A DNA stretch of 64,000 nt. Source: Felis catus (Eukaryota). Every line of letters begins with the position of its first letter. The stretch's first letter is position 1. Below, piece by piece: positions 61,542-64,000 of the stretch. The stretch covers positions 116,438,001-116,502,000 of the forward strand of contig NC_058373.1 of the NCBI RefSeq assembly GCF_018350175.1. The letters are read 5' to 3'. The notes under the pieces were generated by a model that searched no databases, had not been told where the DNA came from, and was given only the letters and a program-made list of their open reading frames with translations. Position numbers and translations under genes: made by a program.

Positions 61542-61801
61542 TGGGATGAAAGCTCTTTGAAAGCAGGGACCATTTGTTTACATATTTCTATTCCCAGCAC
61601 TCAGCATAATACAGTATAATGAAACCAAGTAGTCTGCCTGGTCCTCGAACTCAATGGGAAATCCACGCATGTTGACAAGCAGCCAGGAAGTCTCTTGAAG
61701 TTTTGTGGTATAATTTGGGCACTTTTTGAGGTACAAGGTCAAAGCTTTCATCTGATTTTCAATAGTGTGAGCCCCTTCCCCCCAAAAAAAAACCTAAAAC
61801 C

Positions 61802-62050
61802 AGATGCACGTGGGTGACTAAGTCAGTTCAGCCTCCAACTTCAGCTCAGGTCATGATCTCACGGTTCATGAGTTCAAGCCCTGCGTCGGGCTCTGTGCTG
61901 ACAGCTTGGAGCCTGGAGCCTGCTTCAGATCGGTGTCTCTCTCTGTCTGCCCCTCCCCTGCTTATGCTCTGTCTCTCTCTCTCTCAAAAAGGAACGAACA
62001 TTAAAAAAACAAAAACAAAACCAAAATCAAACACACATAAAAACCATAAA
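61802..62050 (+). mobile_element. CAN-SINE
   Basis: Head, body and A-rich tail. Confidence 0.9.
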
Positions 62051-62735
62051 GGAGGTTCTTAGTATCTACTTCTCAGCTGAGTAACTGTGCAGCCACTGCT
62101 ATTCTATGTCAACTTAAATGACTAATGCTGGCCATTCCTCAGAAGTATGAGAGTTCTAGAGGAACTTACACAATTTCACAATATCTATTTCCTTTAAAGG
62201 GAGGAAATAGAAAGAAACGGGAAGGTCGACCACCATGACCAGCTTGCTGACATTGAAGTGACAAGAGATAGGAAGATGGTCACTTAATATTATGCTCTTG
62301 CTCTGGCCACATGGCAATATGCCCAGGGAACCGATTTTAATTTAATAACAATCAATATACTCAATAAATATTTGATGGTGATGCGTAGGCGGCAAGATGA
62401 AATAAAAATACAGTACTGTAAAGATATCACCATAAAAGTTTTGCTAAAACTTAATTTTGTCATAAATATTTTAAGAATATTTTTGGACTTGGGTTATAAA
62501 TATGACTTCTAAATGTATATTCTTCTAAAATTTTTAAAGATAATCAAATGTATTGAAGAGAAGAACTGAAAGTATAGTCAGTGTTTCTAATTTTAGCTTT
62601 ATAAAAATCTGCCTCTCCCCAGTAGACCCAAAGTGCCTTGAGATTGGATCCATGTTTTATTTCGTTCTAACTCTGAACATTTCATACGGAGCACAGGGCC
62701 TTACTTTCACTGGTGCTTCAGAAATATTACTGGTA

Positions 62736-62920
62736 GGGGCACCTCGGTGGCTCCGTCGGTTAAACATCCGACTCTCGATCTCGGCTCAGGTCATGATCTC
62801 ACAGTTTGTGAGTTCGAGCCCCACATTGGGCTCTGCACTGACTTGGAATTTTCTCTCTGCCCCTCCCTTGCTCTCTCTCTCTCAAACTAAATAAATACAC
62901 TTAAAACTTAAAAAAAAAAA
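62736..62920 (+). mobile_element. CAN-SINE
   Basis: TSD agaaatatta(c/t)tg(g/a)ta. Confidence 0.92.
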
Positions 62921-63186
62921 AAGAAATATTATTGATAAGGATGAATGAAAAGCATATAGTTACAAATAAATGATCCAATATCTGTAGTAGGGTACTTGAC
63001 AGTCTGGGGTATTGAGTCTAGAATGAGTATATGTGACAGATGTACCACACCTACTTTCTGGTTTTGGAAGATGAGGAAATCATTCAATTAGACTGTGAAA
63101 ATTAGAAGTCTACTATTTGTTTAATTTCACAGAATTTTAATTTTTAACCTTATTGTTGTAGAATAAAACATTTAAAAACCCACAGA

Positions 63187-63385
63187 GAGGCACCTGGGTG
63201 GCTCAGTTGGTTAAGCGTCTGACTCTTGGTTTCAGCTCAGGTCATGATCTCACAGTTTGTGGGTTCGAGCCCCGCATCGGGCTCTGCGCTGGCAGTGTGG
63301 AGCCTGCTTGGGATTGTCTCTCTCCCTCTCTCTCTGTCCCTCCCCTGCTCACTCTCTCTCTCAAAATAAATAAATGAATGTAAAA
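63187..63385 (+). mobile_element. CAN-SINE
   Basis: TSD aacccaca(g/t)aga. Confidence 0.93.
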
Positions 63386-63440
63386 AAGAACCCACATAGA
63401 ACAAATGTATAGCTTAATGAATTATAAGGCTCACATTCTT

Positions 63441-63653
63441 TTTTTTTTTTTAATCTTTATTTATTTTTGACAGAGAGAGACAGAGCATGGGCAGGGGAGG
63501 GGCAGAGAGAGGGGGAGACACAGAACCCGAAGCAGGCTCCAGGCTCTGAGCTGTCAGCACAGAGCCTGACGCAGGGCTCGAACTCACAAACCGTGGAGAT
63601 CATGACCTAAGTCGGGGTCGGACGCTCAACCGACTGAGCCACCCAGGCACCCC
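63441..63653 (-). mobile_element. CAN-SINE
   Basis: TSD ggctcacattctt at 63428-63440 and 63656-63668. Confidence 0.94.
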
Positions 63654-63779
63654 AGGGCTCACATTCTTACAACCAACAGCAAAGACATCAATTTGGCCAG
63701 TCACCTGTCCCAAGCATGGGCCTCTCCCTTCTTTCTCATCCTTCCCATCCCAAGGGACCACTATCCTGACTTTTATGGC

Positions 63780-63955
63780 AGTGGTCATAAAAGTCCAGAG
63801 GTTTCGTCCCTATAGGGAGCTTGATAGTAATGCAAATTCTTGGTCTCTATCGCCGACCGACTAAATCATAAACTTTGGGGGTGGAGCCTAGTGATCAGTG
63901 GTTTGAGAATCCTTCACGTGATTCTGATGTGTTTTTAAAGTTTAAGAACTATTGT
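63780..63955. mobile_element. MER5A-like DNA transposon
   Basis: 'aatgcaaattcttgg..gactaaatcataaactttgggggtggagccta..gtgattctgatg..aaagtttaagaactattg'. Confidence 0.75.
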
Positions 63956-64000
63956 TTTCTAGCCTTTGCTTGCTTGTGTTTCTTTAGTTTCATCTCCAAA

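Noticed and set aside
1..64000. CRISPR arrays, operons, retron or other prokaryotic defence systems
   Set aside because: The sequence is mammalian. There is no repeat-spacer array, and the only reverse transcriptase sequences are LINE-derived.

Overview
Mammalian (felid, cat-like) genomic DNA, identified by abundant tRNA-derived CAN-SINEs of the SINEC_Fc type and a felid-type LINE-1. I found no recognisable host protein-coding exon, RNA gene or prokaryotic feature. The window reads as repeat-rich intronic or intergenic sequence. It holds about 38 CAN-SINEs, several generations of L1, ancient L2, MIR and CR1/L3 remnants, MER5/MER20 DNA transposons, MLT1 and MER21-like LTRs, and microsatellites. 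Nearly all ORFs in the track are spurious or L1-derived. The most notable structure is a nested retrotransposon stack at 30.1-41.6 kb. An ancient plus-strand L1 is split by an ~8.4 kb TSD-bounded minus-strand insertion: a 5'-truncated L1 carrying ~430 bp of apparently non-repetitive sequence and a distal poly(A), i.e. a candidate 3' transduction. A younger, full-length but disabled ~5.9 kb L1 has inserted into it. A second candidate transduction lies at 27.2-28.6 kb, and an AP-1/NRF2 motif cluster lies at 60.3-61.5 kb. I see no evidence for a new protein-coding biological system. Repeat family names come from recall of consensus sequences, not a database search, and old-repeat boundaries are approximate.
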